DNA of 64,000 nucleotides from Lama glama (taxonomy: Eukaryota): the NCBI GenBank assembly GCA_028534125.1, contig CM052816.1, positions 42,968,001 through 43,032,000 of the forward strand. Reading direction: 5' to 3'. Every line of letters begins with the position of its first letter. The stretch's first letter is position 1. Below are positions 1 through 11,918 of the stretch, piece after piece. Made by a program: the position numbers and the translations under genes. The notes beneath the pieces are model-generated. The model had not been told where the DNA came from. It worked only from the letters and a program-made list of their open reading frames with translations, and searched no databases.

Positions 1-364
1 CGCTGGAAATGAAGCAACACAGAGGATGGCACAGCCATGAGATGGGGAAAGGCTGCTTCCTGACAACTTTACTTGAGCAGGTGAATTCAGGCTGTTGCTT
101 GAGTTCATATTGAATGGAGAGTCATCTGTCCCAGAGCTGCAATGTTGGTTCATGGACCCATGACTGTCAATAACAGCATTTTTACTCATTCATGGTGAAG
201 TGAGAAAAATCAGGTTCAAGGCAAGGAGTGTTTCAGAGAGCTACCTTTTCAATCTGAAGGACTGATCCTGTTTCTAAGATTGCATGCTTCCTGCAGTTTT
301 GATATTAAAATGTCCTTTCTTTGTGATAGTAGATGATTTTTTAAAAATATTCTTCCTTAGTATA

Positions 365-766
365 TATGTTAGGGTAAGTGATGACAGCTGCTGTAATTCC
401 CAAATAACAATGGATTCACCCAACACATTTCATGTTTTCCTCAAGTACAATCTGAACATAGGAAGAATTACTCATGTTCATTCAGGGACCCAAGATCCTT
501 CCTTTTTGTGGCTCTGCACTCATCTAGATCCCCAAAGTCTTCTCCATCTAGCTGGCAAATGTAGAAAGAGAAAAAATGATTTCAGGAGAGAGGCTTTGAT
601 TAGCCACGCCTGGAACTGGAGCACATCACTTCTATTCCCACTTCATTGGCCAGAACTCACTACAGGGCCAAACTTAACAGCATGTAAAGTGTGGAAATAC
701 AGGTTAGCTCTGTGCTCAGGAGGAAGAAGAAGCAGGATTAGTGACAAACTAGCCAGTCCCTGCCAC
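365..766. mobile_element. Old MaLR LTR (MLT1J/K-like)
   Basis: Motifs cacatcacttct...cattggccagaact and terminal ...tgccaca are typical of old MLT1 LTRs. Confidence 0.6.
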
Positions 767-999
767 ATTTTACAAAATTAAGTTTTAAGCCCTCTGTCAT
801 GTCTCCTTTTGTCTTTGAAACTTTAATACTGTATAAAATACAGAGAACTTAGTAGCCCCTGATCTAGTTCAATTTCTAAGTGTTATAAATGAGAAAACAA
901 AATACAGAAGGTTGAATGACTTGCCAAGATAGCAGAGCTAAACAGTAGCACACCTGTGCTTAAATGAAGCAAAGACAGGATGGACAGTTTCCATTGGGC

Positions 1000-2017
1000 C
1001 AGTGCTACCCAAACTTCAGTCACTCAAGTCACTCCTTTGTTATTGGATGAATTGTGCCTCCTCGTCCAAGAGATGTATTGAAGTTCTCCGGTACCACAGA
1101 ATGTGACCTTATGTGGAAATAGGGTCTTTACGAGGGTGATCCAGTTAAAACAAGGCTGTTAAGGTGGACCGTGATCCAATATGACTGGTGTCCTTATAAA
1201 AAAGAAATATTTGCACACAGAGACAGACATGGATAGAGGGAAGATGATGTGAAGACATAAGGAGAGGCCATTTACAAGACCAGAAATGTCTGAGGCTCTC
1301 AGAAGCTGGGAGAGAAGCATGGAACAGATCTCCTTCACAACCCTCAGAAGGAACCAGCCTTGCTAACAACTTCATTTTGAAAATCTAGCTTCCAGAACTG
1401 AGACAATTTCTGTTGTCAAGCCACTCAATTTGTGGTACTTTGTTGTGGCAGCCCTAGATACTTAATATCACCTTTGTGATTTTTGCAGTATGTGGGAACT
1501 TCTTATAATTATAAATTATTACTTTTAGTTTTTTTCCCAAGATGACTCACTTTTAAAACTGAAATAAATTTACTACCCTGAGTCCCTTGGCTTATAGCTG
1601 GGACCTGTCTGCACCTTCATGGCCCCTGTCTTCAGTCTGGGTGACAGCCCTCACCTGGCCTCCTTCCCAGGCAGAGTAGGGTAGGGAGGTGTGAAGTGCC
1701 TCAGTAACAGGGGAAATAAAGCACAATGGCTATTCAAGTCCTAGGATTCTTTTATTGCTGCACTCCACCACAGTTTCCTTGGGCCCTGTATTTACATGGG
1801 TGCTGAGGACTCTGGGGGACCTCCTGAGGGACGTGAGGTGTGCAGATGGAACACTAACTACAGAACGCAGGTGCTGGACGTGGAATTCCTTACCCTTGCT
1901 TGTTTCAGGTTAAGTCTGGCATCTCCTTCCATGTGTGGTTTTTAACTATTAAAATATATCAGCTAAAATCATTTCGCACCTCTGATGTTACATGGTCCAC
2001 ACTTATGAAAATTTTGC
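1000..2017. mobile_element. Fragmented hAT-Charlie-type DNA element interrupted by two insertions
   Basis: Left end cagtgctacccaaacttcagtcac, continuing at 1471-1572. Right end ...ccacacttatgaaaattttg at ~1940-2017 resembles Charlie-type termini. Confidence 0.45.
1038..1470 (+). mobile_element. MLT1B/C-like MaLR solo LTR
   Basis: TGTTATTGGATGAATTGTG...gaatgtgaccttatgtggaaatagggtcttt...gtggtactttgttgtggcagccctag...CA; cctt on both flanks. Confidence 0.85.
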
Positions 2018-2310
2018 TCCAAACCAACAGTTCCTGGCCAAATGTGGTTTAGATTTTCCATTTCCCATACCTTTCCTCACGCTCTCTCCCATCTGAGATG
2101 TCCTTACCTCTTCATTCCATTATCCACATCCTTTAGTGCTCAACAATGCTTCTTCCTTCATGAAACCTTTCCAGCCCTGTAGGACCACAGCAGCTCCCCC
2201 TCTTCTGGACCCACAGCATCTCCTCTTCTCCCCATTCATTTTGCTCTTAAGGTAGGACTGTACTGCTTCACCTTCAACATCCTTGTCTTGGATTTTTATT
2301 TACCCTTGTC

Positions 2311-2332
2311 ATATATATATATGTCATATATG

Positions 2333-2371
<39 letters not shown>
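2311..2371. repeat. (AT)n microsatellite, interrupted
   Basis: Seen directly. Confidence 0.95.
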
Positions 2372-2372
<1 letters not shown>

Positions 2373-3449
2373 CACGTTATGCCCATTTTTATGATTAAAC
2401 ATTCATTGAGCATCAGGGACATGAGAGATGTCATAAATGAAATGAAAAGAAAAACAAAGCAGTGATATCTCTATTTTTTTTTTAACAAGAACCAGCACTC
2501 ATAAAGATGGAAATGTACAAAAGAGGCAGGTAACCTGAGAATTGAAATTGAAAATACCAAATGGGCTCAAACCTATTCCAGTATCTTAAGACTCCAAAAG
2601 GATTCTAAAAGTGGACCAGGAAACAGAGAGGTGAAGAATGGTAAGGTGGACATAAAGGGAGATTGCTTTAATCATAAAGACAAATTGGAATAAAAATTGG
2701 AAATATAATAAAATCAAATTATTTTATCCGTTCTCCCAACTGGTTGGATTATTGGATTTGTAGTTTTGTTGGCCTTGTCTCTTTCCTGAAACATTTCCTT
2801 GCTGGTTGGTGCTTCAATCAGGGAATTTCTTTTTGCAGCTTTAAAGTGGCTGTAAAGGTCAGGTGGGAGAGGAGGCTGGATTCACACAGTGATGTGCCTT
2901 GGGCTGCGCAGGAAGAGATTTCATCTTGTTCCCTTTTGGGAGGTGCAGAGATGTCGCGAGCCATTTCTAATGTCCTTGAGTTCACTTTGGGTTTGAAATG
3001 GGCCATTTTTTAAAAAAAAGAATCAGAATCTGTTGAAAGATATATTATTCTATTTCATTTTCTGCAATGGATGCTACAGGAAATATATATATATATATAT
3101 ATATTATATTTTGTTGTTGTTTTAAACTGGTAGATTTACTGTGTATTTAAACTAGGAAGTTGAATATTTTAAATCATTGAGATAATTAGTAAGGGATTAA
3201 CATTTATCTATTTAGTTTTTTTTCTGTTTCTTTTTTTTTCTGTTTTTTTTTCCTTCAAGTGTACTAGATTTACAATCGTAGTTTTAGGTGTTACTACAAG
3301 AAACTGAATATACATTTAGTTTTAAAATAATTTAGGTGAAAGGAGAGTTTGGGTCAGCAGTGAAGAATGAAAGCTAAGAGTTTTTCAGCATTTATTTGAT
3401 GCTAGATATTGTGATTCATCCATCCATCCATTCTTTATCAAATAGACAA

Positions 3450-3970
3450 TATATTGGATGGTTCAAAATTTGAAAGGTATAGAAAAGTACACAAGGAGTC
3501 TCCCTCCCACCTCTGTCCTCCAGTCTCCTGGTTTCCTTCCTCAGCGGTCACCAGTGATATGATCCTTGTGAGTCCTTACAGAAATATTTTGTGCATATTA
3601 AAACTAATATTTTTCTTTAAAAAAAACACAACTGGTGGTATGTTACATACTTTTCTTTTTGTACCTTGGTTTTTCACTGAACAAGTTATTTTGAAGATCA
3701 TTGCATATAAGTACACAAAGAATTTCCTTATTGTTTAATAGCTTCGTAATTTTCTTTTGGTTGGATGTGAATTTTTGAGCTAGTGCATTATATTTGTGTG
3801 TTTAGGTTGTTTCTAAACCTCTGTACTACCCTGTAACAAACAAGCAAGGTTGTAATATCATTTTGTAATTGAGTGAGGCAGTGTGATAAGTTTTTTTTAA
3901 AGGGGAACTGCTTATTCAAAGAATACTTCCGCTTTATATGATAGATGTTGCCGTGTATCTCTCCTCAGAC
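3450..3970 (-). mobile_element. Old L1 (L1ME-like) 3' fragment
   Basis: Resembles antisense L1ME 3'UTR (ctccctcccacc...tccttacagaaatattttgtgcatat...tttaggttgtttctaa). Confidence 0.55.
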
Positions 3971-4004
3971 GTTCCACCAGTAGAGGAGTACAGTTTACTA
4001 TCAT

Positions 4005-4180
4005 ATTTTATTAATCTTTCCAACAACCATATGAGGCTAGTATTATCATCCCATTTTACAGGTGGAGAAACAGAGATTTGAAACACTGAACTTTGACAAG
4101 AATGACACAGCCAATAACAGAGCCAAAGTCTGAACCCAAGCTTGTCTGGCTATAAATCTACCTTCTTTCTACCACACTAT
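4005..4180 (-). mobile_element. MIR SINE
   Basis: Core tattatcatcccattttacaggtggagaaacagag. Confidence 0.8.
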
Positions 4181-5434
4181 GCTCTTATGCATTTTATTAT
4201 TTGTATTGAATCATAGGCACAAAATCCTTTACAAGTGTTTATTAAATTTTCATACTTGTAATGAAAATTCTCATGATAGTATTCTTTAACACAGCACTTA
4301 ACTTTTCAAAATGCTTTCATACTTGTAATTATATTTTAAACCCAGGCAGACAGGTTATCTATACAAGCCTTTTGACACTGATAAGTTAAAAAAAACCCAC
4401 AGAATATTTTATTACTTGCATGTGATCACACAGTGTGCTAATGGTAGAAATGGGTCTAGAAACATCTTTCGACTATTAGCCCTCTGTCGGACATGAGGCA
4501 TGCTGGGGGCTGACCGTGCCTTGAGCTCCCACAGCAGGAAACAGACAGGAAAGAAATAGGTGCACACATCACTCTTTTCCTTAGATAGCATTGATCCCTG
4601 GGCCTTTGAATTTAGGATAGGCAATCACACATGAGTTTGTAATGCTTCTTAATTAAGAATTTTTAAAAAATCTAAGTGTGTATAGTTAATTTTTTTTCCT
4701 AAAAAGAGGTGATAGGCCCAAAATATGGAGGGGTGAGAGGCTCTAGTCCCATTGCAAGATACAAGAAATGGTCCAGCTCTGGAGATCATACAAGACTACA
4801 AGCTCCTTAAAGCAGAAGTTGGTTGGTTCTTTTTAAAATAAATTAAGTTAATCAAATACTGTGAACACTTATTACATCTCAATTAAAACAGCTAGATGTA
4901 TTATAAACACATCAACATATCAAACACAATATAATTCAAAAAGAATTAAAACTTCAGAAATTGACAAAACCTGTAATGAGTATCAGGTCATTGGCATGTG
5001 TGGCTAATTTTATTACATTGTCAGGGTGCACATTTAATCTGACAGGCTAATCAGAGAATGCACTTTCACTCAGCTGTATCAAGGACTGAAATGACTGTGT
5101 TTGTTTCAAGGTCTTTGTTTAAAATTCAGACTCACCAACCAGCAGTGTTGTAAAGTCCTCAAGAAGTAAGAAAGTTCTTTTTAAAAATGGTGTCAGCACA
5201 GCTTGTTCTAGCAAGTTAGAAACAAGCAAGATGAGTTAGATATTCACAGCTGAAAACAACACCCTAAGAAGATACTCTGGACAGTTCAGGATTTTAATGC
5301 TATTAAACATTTAGCAGGCATTTTTCTTGTGCTATTTAAATGAATGTAGGAAAAACGTATGTGAAGTATAGTTCTCAGGTAAAATCTCAAGATACAAATC
5401 AAAGAGGAAGGTAAAAACAAAATAATAATAACAA

Positions 5435-5614
5435 TATTTAACATGTATTGAGCACTTACATGCATCTGGCATTATTCTAAGTTGTATATTATCTCATTTA
5501 ATCCTCAGGTAGATAGTATTACTAGTTTCATTTTGCAGATAAATAAATAGGAAATGAAAAATTAAGTAACTTTCCCTAAGTCCCACCGTGGTGGTACATG
5601 ATAGGATTGAACTA
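5435..5614 (-). mobile_element. MIR SINE interrupted by the MLT1D LTR (resumes ~6130-6165)
   Basis: tattgagcacttac...atctcatttaatcctc...cattttgcagat core; tail cagtcttattccaaaaagcatgctcttaac after the LTR. Confidence 0.7.
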
Positions 5615-6129
5615 TGTAGTCAGTATTACGTAACAAATTGTCATAAATTTAGTAGCTTAAACGACAGAAATTCATTATAGTTCTATAGGTCACAAATCTG
5701 ACAAAGGTCTCACTGGACTGAAATCACAGTGTCAGCTGCGCTGCGTTCCTGTTTGGAGGCTCCAGGGGAGAATCTGTTTCCTTGCCTTTTCCAGCTTCTA
5801 GAGGCTGCTTGCTTCCGTTGACTCCCGGCCCCCTTCCTCCACCTTCAAAGCCAGCAAAGGCGAGTTGAGTCCTTCTCACACCGCATCACTCTTACCTCCT
5901 CTTTTGCCTCCCTTGTGTACTTTTAAGGGCCCTTGTGATAATATTGCCTACCTATATAATCCAGGACAATATCCCTATTTTAAGATCAGCTGATTAGCAA
6001 TCTTAATTCTATCTTCAACTTTGATTTCCCTTTGCCACGTAAGATAACATCTTTACAGGTTCCTGTTAAGACATGGATTTTTGTTGGGCAGGTGGCAGGT
6101 GGGGGGCGGAGACTCTGCTGCATACAACA
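5615..6129 (-). mobile_element. MLT1D-like MaLR solo LTR
   Basis: ggaggctccaggggagaatctgtttccttgccttttccagcttctagaggctgc; ttaagatcagctgattagcaa; TG...CA ends. Confidence 0.85.
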
Positions 6130-7177
6130 CAGTCTTATTCCAAAAAGCATGCTCTTAACTATTTCACTATGGAATGTAAACATGTTAGCATTTAGCATTT
6201 GTTATTTTGGGAAACCTGGTTTGCAGGTTTTAGGTTGTGTATGGCACAAAGTGAATATGCCTTAAGAGACAAATCATTGGAAGTAATTAACTTGATAATG
6301 TTACCTCAGTGTTATTTTATTTAGAAATGTTGATTTGTTGTAGGCATCTAAGCACTATTTTCTGAGTGTGGTCCATTAAGTAGAGGGATGAGGTTGTCAC
6401 TATGGAATAGAAAGCCTGGGGAAGCCAAGTTCTGCTATGACAAAGTGGTCTGTTTGTCCACTGAACAAGTGCAATTGTGCACAGCTGAGTTATAGAGGCT
6501 CCTACTTTGCAGTTTCTGCTAGGTTAGCTGGGCTGAATCCTTTCTCTGTGGCCTCCCTGGGACTTTGACGCAACCTATACAGTACATTTATCCCTGTAGA
6601 TTTGTTCTCTCCCTAATTCTGCTTCTTGGCATGTACCCATCTTCACTTACTGATCTTGGCAACTGGATCCTGTTTAAATAATGGACCTCCCTCCCCAATA
6701 CTCCCACATACGTGGTTGCCTCTGATCACCCTTATTATGTCTTTTAGCTGGTATAGCTCACTACTTGGCTGAGTATTAAACATGGACATGACAAGTGTAG
6801 ATTATTCACAAAAAGTTTGAACTAAAAGAGGAAAGAGATAGGGCAATAACTTGAAGCTATAAGGAAAGAGTGGTTCAACCTGGGTGTGTCTGTAGGCTGA
6901 AGAAAGGTGCCCATGGAGAATGACAGTGACTGAGCCTGCTGAAAGACTAAAATTTTGGAAGAGGTGGGAAGGGATTAGATCAGGAAGGGTAATTCTGAGA
7001 AATTCTAAGAAAGGTCAGTGCGGTTACGCACATGGTAGGGGAGGTTAGGGTTGCAGCCATGGAAAAATATACGGGAAGGACCAGAATTTCTCTGAAGTTG
7101 GGTGTAAGATCGTCTGCAGAGAGAGCTAGATAACGGAAAGGGAGAGGGCAGTACTAGTGGCAAGTAGAAAGTATTAT

Positions 7178-7649
7178 TGTTTCAGTTTTCAGTTATTCAT
7201 TTTGGTAACAAACCACCCAAAATACTGGCTTAAAAAAGACCTCACATATTTATGATTCTGCAATCTGGGCTAGGCTCAGCTGGGCTAGAGCTGAGTTGGC
7301 ACGAGGAGTTGGCAGGACTATCCAAGATGGTTTCTGCACTCGTATGTCTGGTAGCTCAGCTGGGATGCCCAGAACAGCTTAGACTCCCTCACAGCATAAT
7401 GGTCTCAGGATAGTCCAACTTTGTCCATGGTGGTCAACTACAGAAAGAGAGGAAGCAGGAGCTGCTTAAAGGGCAGGTCCAGAACTGGCACATTGTCACA
7501 TCCATCTCACTCTATTGGTCAAAGCAAGAGACAGGACTAGTCCAGATTTAAGGGGGCGGGAAATAGATTCCACGCATCGAAGTGAGGGGCATGTGTGTGC
7601 AGGGAGGGAAGGAATTGAGAGCAGTCATCTTTGAAGTCTCTCCACCACA
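7178..7649. mobile_element. Old MaLR LTR (MLT1H/I/J-like)
   Basis: taacaaaccacccaaaa...ggctcagctggg...ctctattggtcaaagcaag...ccaccaca. Confidence 0.7.
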
Positions 7650-7687
7650 ATTTCTGAGAGTTTGAAGACTCATCTGAAGTCAGAAAT

Positions 7688-9253
7688 TGTATTAGTTTCC
7701 TACTGCTGCTGTAACAAATTACTACAAACTTAGTGGGCTTAAAACAATACAGACTGATTGATTTACAAATAATTTATTCATTTCTGATAAATAATGGGAA
7801 GGGAAGCAGCAAGGGCTATGCCTGTGATCCCTTGATTGCACTTCTCCCAGTCTGCATCTATAAATACCTTTGCACACAACCAGGCTCACAGTGTCCCACA
7901 GCATCTCTCTCACTCTAACAGCTGCAGGATATAATATGTGACCATATGGAAAGTTTAACCAGATGCCTATTCACAGTGCAGGGTTATCTTCCAATTAGTT
8001 TTCCAGCTCACTTGTGTAAATATTAGAACTGAAGTAACTGGTTGTTCCTACTGTCGATTAAAAAAACTCTCTCCTGAACTGGTGGATTAGACAGATTTTC
8101 TCTGTATAGCAGTTAGAGCTGTTTAAAGTACAATTTTAAAAGAAAGATTTTTCTTAAACAGGAGCCGTGACTAAGGCCCCTTCTGTTTCCTCAGCCTTCT
8201 AAGCTAAACTCCGGGCTTCCTTGGTACCTGGAGGCCTGCCACTGGGCCCTCCCCACCCCCATCCAGGGCAGCAGAGGAGAAAGGGCAGGCCAGACCAAGC
8301 ATGAGGCATAACCAGTCTTTATTGGGCTCAGGCCAGGAGGCTGTGGTTCTTGAGGACCTCTGTATTATTGTCCATTTTCTTTCTGTGTTCTTTTCATCCT
8401 GTTTCCATAGCCTCATGAGCTCTTTTTAAATTCCAGTAATGACCTTGGCCTTCTCCTTTCTCTTCTCCTTCAGGTGGCTGTCACTCCTGGTACTTCAAAC
8501 CAACCTCATGGAACCCCCAGCAGGCAAACTTTCACATAGGCTTCGGATGCACAACCTTGAGGGCAGCAGGGACCATCATCCACTTTTTCTTGTCATAGGG
8601 CAGCAGGATCCCATCAAACACCTGAAGGGGTCCAGGGATGCTAGCTTCCCTTGGTCTTGTGGGGCAGTATCTCAAATGGTCTGCCCTTGCTTCAGTAGAC
8701 ATTGTCAGAAGTGCTGATGCACTTGCAGCACATGAACACCACCTCTGGCCCAGCAGTACCTCCTTGGTCATGATGCCACTGGGTGACTGGGAGATAGCAT
8801 CCACCTGCCCGAGCTCCACCTGCCCCTCTGCCATCTTCAGCAGCCACCTGGGAAAGCCATATATTTATTATCTTCCAGTTCTGGATATCAGAAGTCTGAA
8901 ATGAGCCTTATGGTACTAGAATTAAGGTGTCTGCAGGGCTCTGGTTCTCCTGGAGTATCCAGGGAGAATTTGTTTCCTTACCTTTTCCGGCTCCTAGAGG
9001 ACACCTGCATTATTTGGCTCATGGCCCCTTTCCTCCATCTCCAAAGTGCATCACTCCATCTCTCTGCTTCTGTTGTCACATCTTTTCTGATTGATCCTTA
9101 GGTCCACTTGGATAATCCAGGGTAATCTCCTAATGTTACGATCCTTAACTTAATCACACCTGCCAAGTTCCTTTTGCTATGTAAGGTCACATATTCCCAG
9201 ATTCTGGGGATTGGGACGTGAGCATCTTTGTAGGGAGCATTATTCTGTCTATA
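7688..9253 (-). mobile_element. MLT1C-like LTR split by the RPL13A retrocopy (7688-7751 and ~8858-9253)
   Basis: tgtattagtttcctactgctgctgtaacaaattactacaaacttagtgggcttaaaacaa joins collinearly to atttattatcttccagttctgg...taaggtcacatattcccagattctggggatt. Confidence 0.85.
7752..8856 (-). pseudogene. RPL13A: RPL13A processed pseudogene with 5' TOP-like start, decayed CDS (8834->8328) and long 3'UTR
   Basis: Minus-strand peptides MAEGQV...[32 protein letters not shown] and MRLWKQDEKN match RPL13A ([37 protein letters not shown]). Intronless, with frameshifts and stops. 5' end CTTTCCCAGGTGGCTGCTGAAGATGG. TGAGCCCAATAAAGACTG follows the CDS. Confidence 0.93.
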
Positions 9254-9917
9254 GAAACTTTACATACGTAATACTACCAGTAGATAAAATCCTGAGATTT
9301 TGCCAATAGTATTCAACTTCATAGCAGTAATGGTAGAGAAAGTAAATTGTTGAATTGCTCCAAGCTTCGGGATTGGTAGGGTAGATTAATATATAAGGAC
9401 ATAGAGGTAAGTGAATTAAGGAAGTTGGTAAAGGTGATTGAGTTGATTGATCAGGAGGCCTGCTAGGGAGGGAAGGAAAATCATGGGGAGTTTGATATTT
9501 TGGGAGAAGAGTGAGATTTTCCTTCCACATCTTAACTCTACTTCCCCTATGAAATGGCTTTTACATTTCATTCGTCTCCCCCTTGAGGTAATTTTTAAAT
9601 GGTTGCAGTGAAAGAGCTTTATTTGATTCCCGTTACTGAATCTTTCTCCTGTGTTATTAACACCCCAAAATTATTGTATTCAGATTGTGGCAACCAGCGT
9701 TTGAACTCATGGGTAATTTCTGTGGGAGACTGTACTGAATGAGAGGTTAGTGTAGATTTCACTGTGTCTGAAGAAGACAGGGGAAACCTAAGTTCTTTTG
9801 CTCGATGGGAGATTAAGGCTCCTTATAAATTTTTCCTGAATAAATATACAATAAAAAAGGGTTTTTATTTCTCTTAGGAGGAAATCCAGTGAAACTAGAA
9901 CACTTTGACAGATATTT

Positions 9918-10492
9918 TGTGAATCCTAAAAAGCCAGTTGCTGCCATTTTCCCATAGATCTTGACCGAGGTGGCCATCACGATCCCTTTAGCTTCATTAG
10001 ACTTTGGAGACATTCCTTCCTGACTTGAGGCCCCGACCTCCCTTTTCTTAGAGAATTTACTTTAGGAAACTTGTCATTATAAATCCTTTCTCTACCCCTT
10101 GGAGAAATAAATCTTTTAAAAAGCCTCTTGCCGGTTTTACAACCCAGCAGTGTCTTTCTCAGGGGTCTGGGGGCCTTCTCTTTGAAATGTAGTCACCGAA
10201 TGTAATCCCAGTCTCCATGGGAGAGTAGGACCTAACTTCCTCAGACTACTTGATGATCCCAGGTGTCAAACTATTTCTCATCATGAAGATCAGAGAAAGT
10301 GTACTTTCCCTATGGGTAAGACCAGTTAGCAAGCACTGGTGGCCTATGATCCCTTCCATCCCAGCTCTGAAGAACTTTACAGCCCTTTGTCTCTATGGAG
10401 CCAGGCATCCAGACCTTGTGTCTGCTCTCTCCCGTGTTGCTGGCAGGAGTATCAGAAAAAAATCAACTCTTTGTGAGATTTTTGCTTTAACA
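9918..10492 (+). mobile_element. ERV1-class solo LTR (MER34/MER39-like)
   Basis: TG...CA ends with near 4-bp TSD (attt/atct). Motifs ttagagaatttactttaggaaacttgtcattataaatcctttctct and ctctttgaaatgta. Confidence 0.6.
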
Positions 10493-11029
10493 ATCTTCCA
10501 AGAAAGTCAGTTCAATAACCATAGGGGAAGAAGGTATGAAGAGAGTGCGTGGTTGGATTTAGTTGTAAGTAACAAGCAGGTAGCAAAGAGCTCTGATTTC
10601 TAATTCAAGTCACAGACAACTAACTGCCCTTTGATTTGCTTCACCTATTACAAGGGCAGGTGGAAAATTTTGCGACTTAATGAGTGGGGGCTTTGCTAGG
10701 GAAGGAGTAGCTAAGGAATGTTTTTGTTTTTTGGTTGGGACTTTTGGGAAGGGTAGATTTATTTAGAAGGGTGATATCTCAGATGTATCATGACCTTAGT
10801 TGCAAATGACAGAAACCGGACTCCAAATGGCTTTGCCATAAAAGGAAATTTATTGGTCTAGGTAATTGAGGAGCATGGGAATTACGTGGTATCTGGGGCT
10901 CAGATGATACAAACTGAGATATAATTTTTTGTCAATAAAGCAGGTAGCATCCTGTGCCCTCTTGGAGCTTAGAGTTTAGTGTCCATGTCATCAGGGACGT
11001 GTTGTTTTCCATTTGCTGGGTGGGTTCTT

Positions 11030-11465
11030 TGCTGCCTTCTGCTGGTTTGTGAGAGGAAGAGAGGAAACCAGCTTGTGCAGAATGGGGAAAAGGAGGACTA
11101 GGGGCCCTAGCTTCTTAAGCAGACCTTCAGGCTGTCTCTCTGCTGCTGGGGTCCCCTTTGTGTATTCCAGAGGTGCTGGTGCTGTTATTCCTGAGCCTTT
11201 GGGAGAATCTGTGATGTAAATCCAGTTCTTTTTTGGCTTTCCCCACTGCCTATTTAGGATTCAGCTTTCTTGAGTCTGTGAAGCCTGTTGTCAATGATCC
11301 ACATGCTTTCCACCTTCCTAAAGTTGGTGGCTATTGCTGCTTCTCTTTTTGTCCTTTGTTCCTGTAGGTTCATGCTTTAAAATATTCTCTTTACTATCAT
11401 TTTAGTGGGGTTTCAGAAGGGAATTAAATACATTTCTTCAATTCATTGTAGTAATCAAAATGACC
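11030..11465 (-). mobile_element. Old L1 (L1ME/HAL1-like) 5' region
   Basis: tttccccactgcc...ggattcagctttct...ttactatcattttagtggggtttcagaaggg. Confidence 0.5.
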
Positions 11466-11799
11466 ATTAATTTGTTTTCATAAAATAAAATTTGTTGTGT
11501 ATTTTATGACGATGAGATCAATAGATGCTTATTATAGGCAATGCAGAAGTGTATGAAGAAAAAGGAATAATCCCTTAGAATCCCAGAAATACCATAGTTA
11601 TATGACTACTCACCTGCTGAACATTTAGGTTACTTCCAATTTTCTGTATTGTAAACAACATGTGTTGAAAATCTTTACAGCTGAATTTTGATGAACATCT
11701 ACAAATAATTCCTTTAGATTCAATTTCTATAAAAAGAACTTCAGGGTCAGAGAGACTGCATAATTTTATTGCCTTCGAGACAGACTATACCATACATTA

Positions 11800-11918
11800 A
11801 TTTCTTTTTTTTTTATAGTCAGTTATAGTGTGTCAGTTTCTGGTGTACAGCATAATGTTTCAGTCATACACATACATACATGTATTTGTTTTCATATTCT
11901 TTTTCACTATAGGTTACT
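11800..11918 (-). mobile_element. 5'-truncated lineage-specific L1 3' end
   Basis: Poly-T followed by gtgtgtcagtttctggtgtacagcataatgtttcagtcatacat. Confidence 0.7.

Noticed and set aside
284..781. 165-aa ORF
   Set aside because: Overlaps an old MLT1 LTR; no protein similarity recognised.
2818..3006. 62-aa minus-strand ORF as an exon of a neighbouring gene
   Set aside because: No recognisable homology or convincing splice signals.
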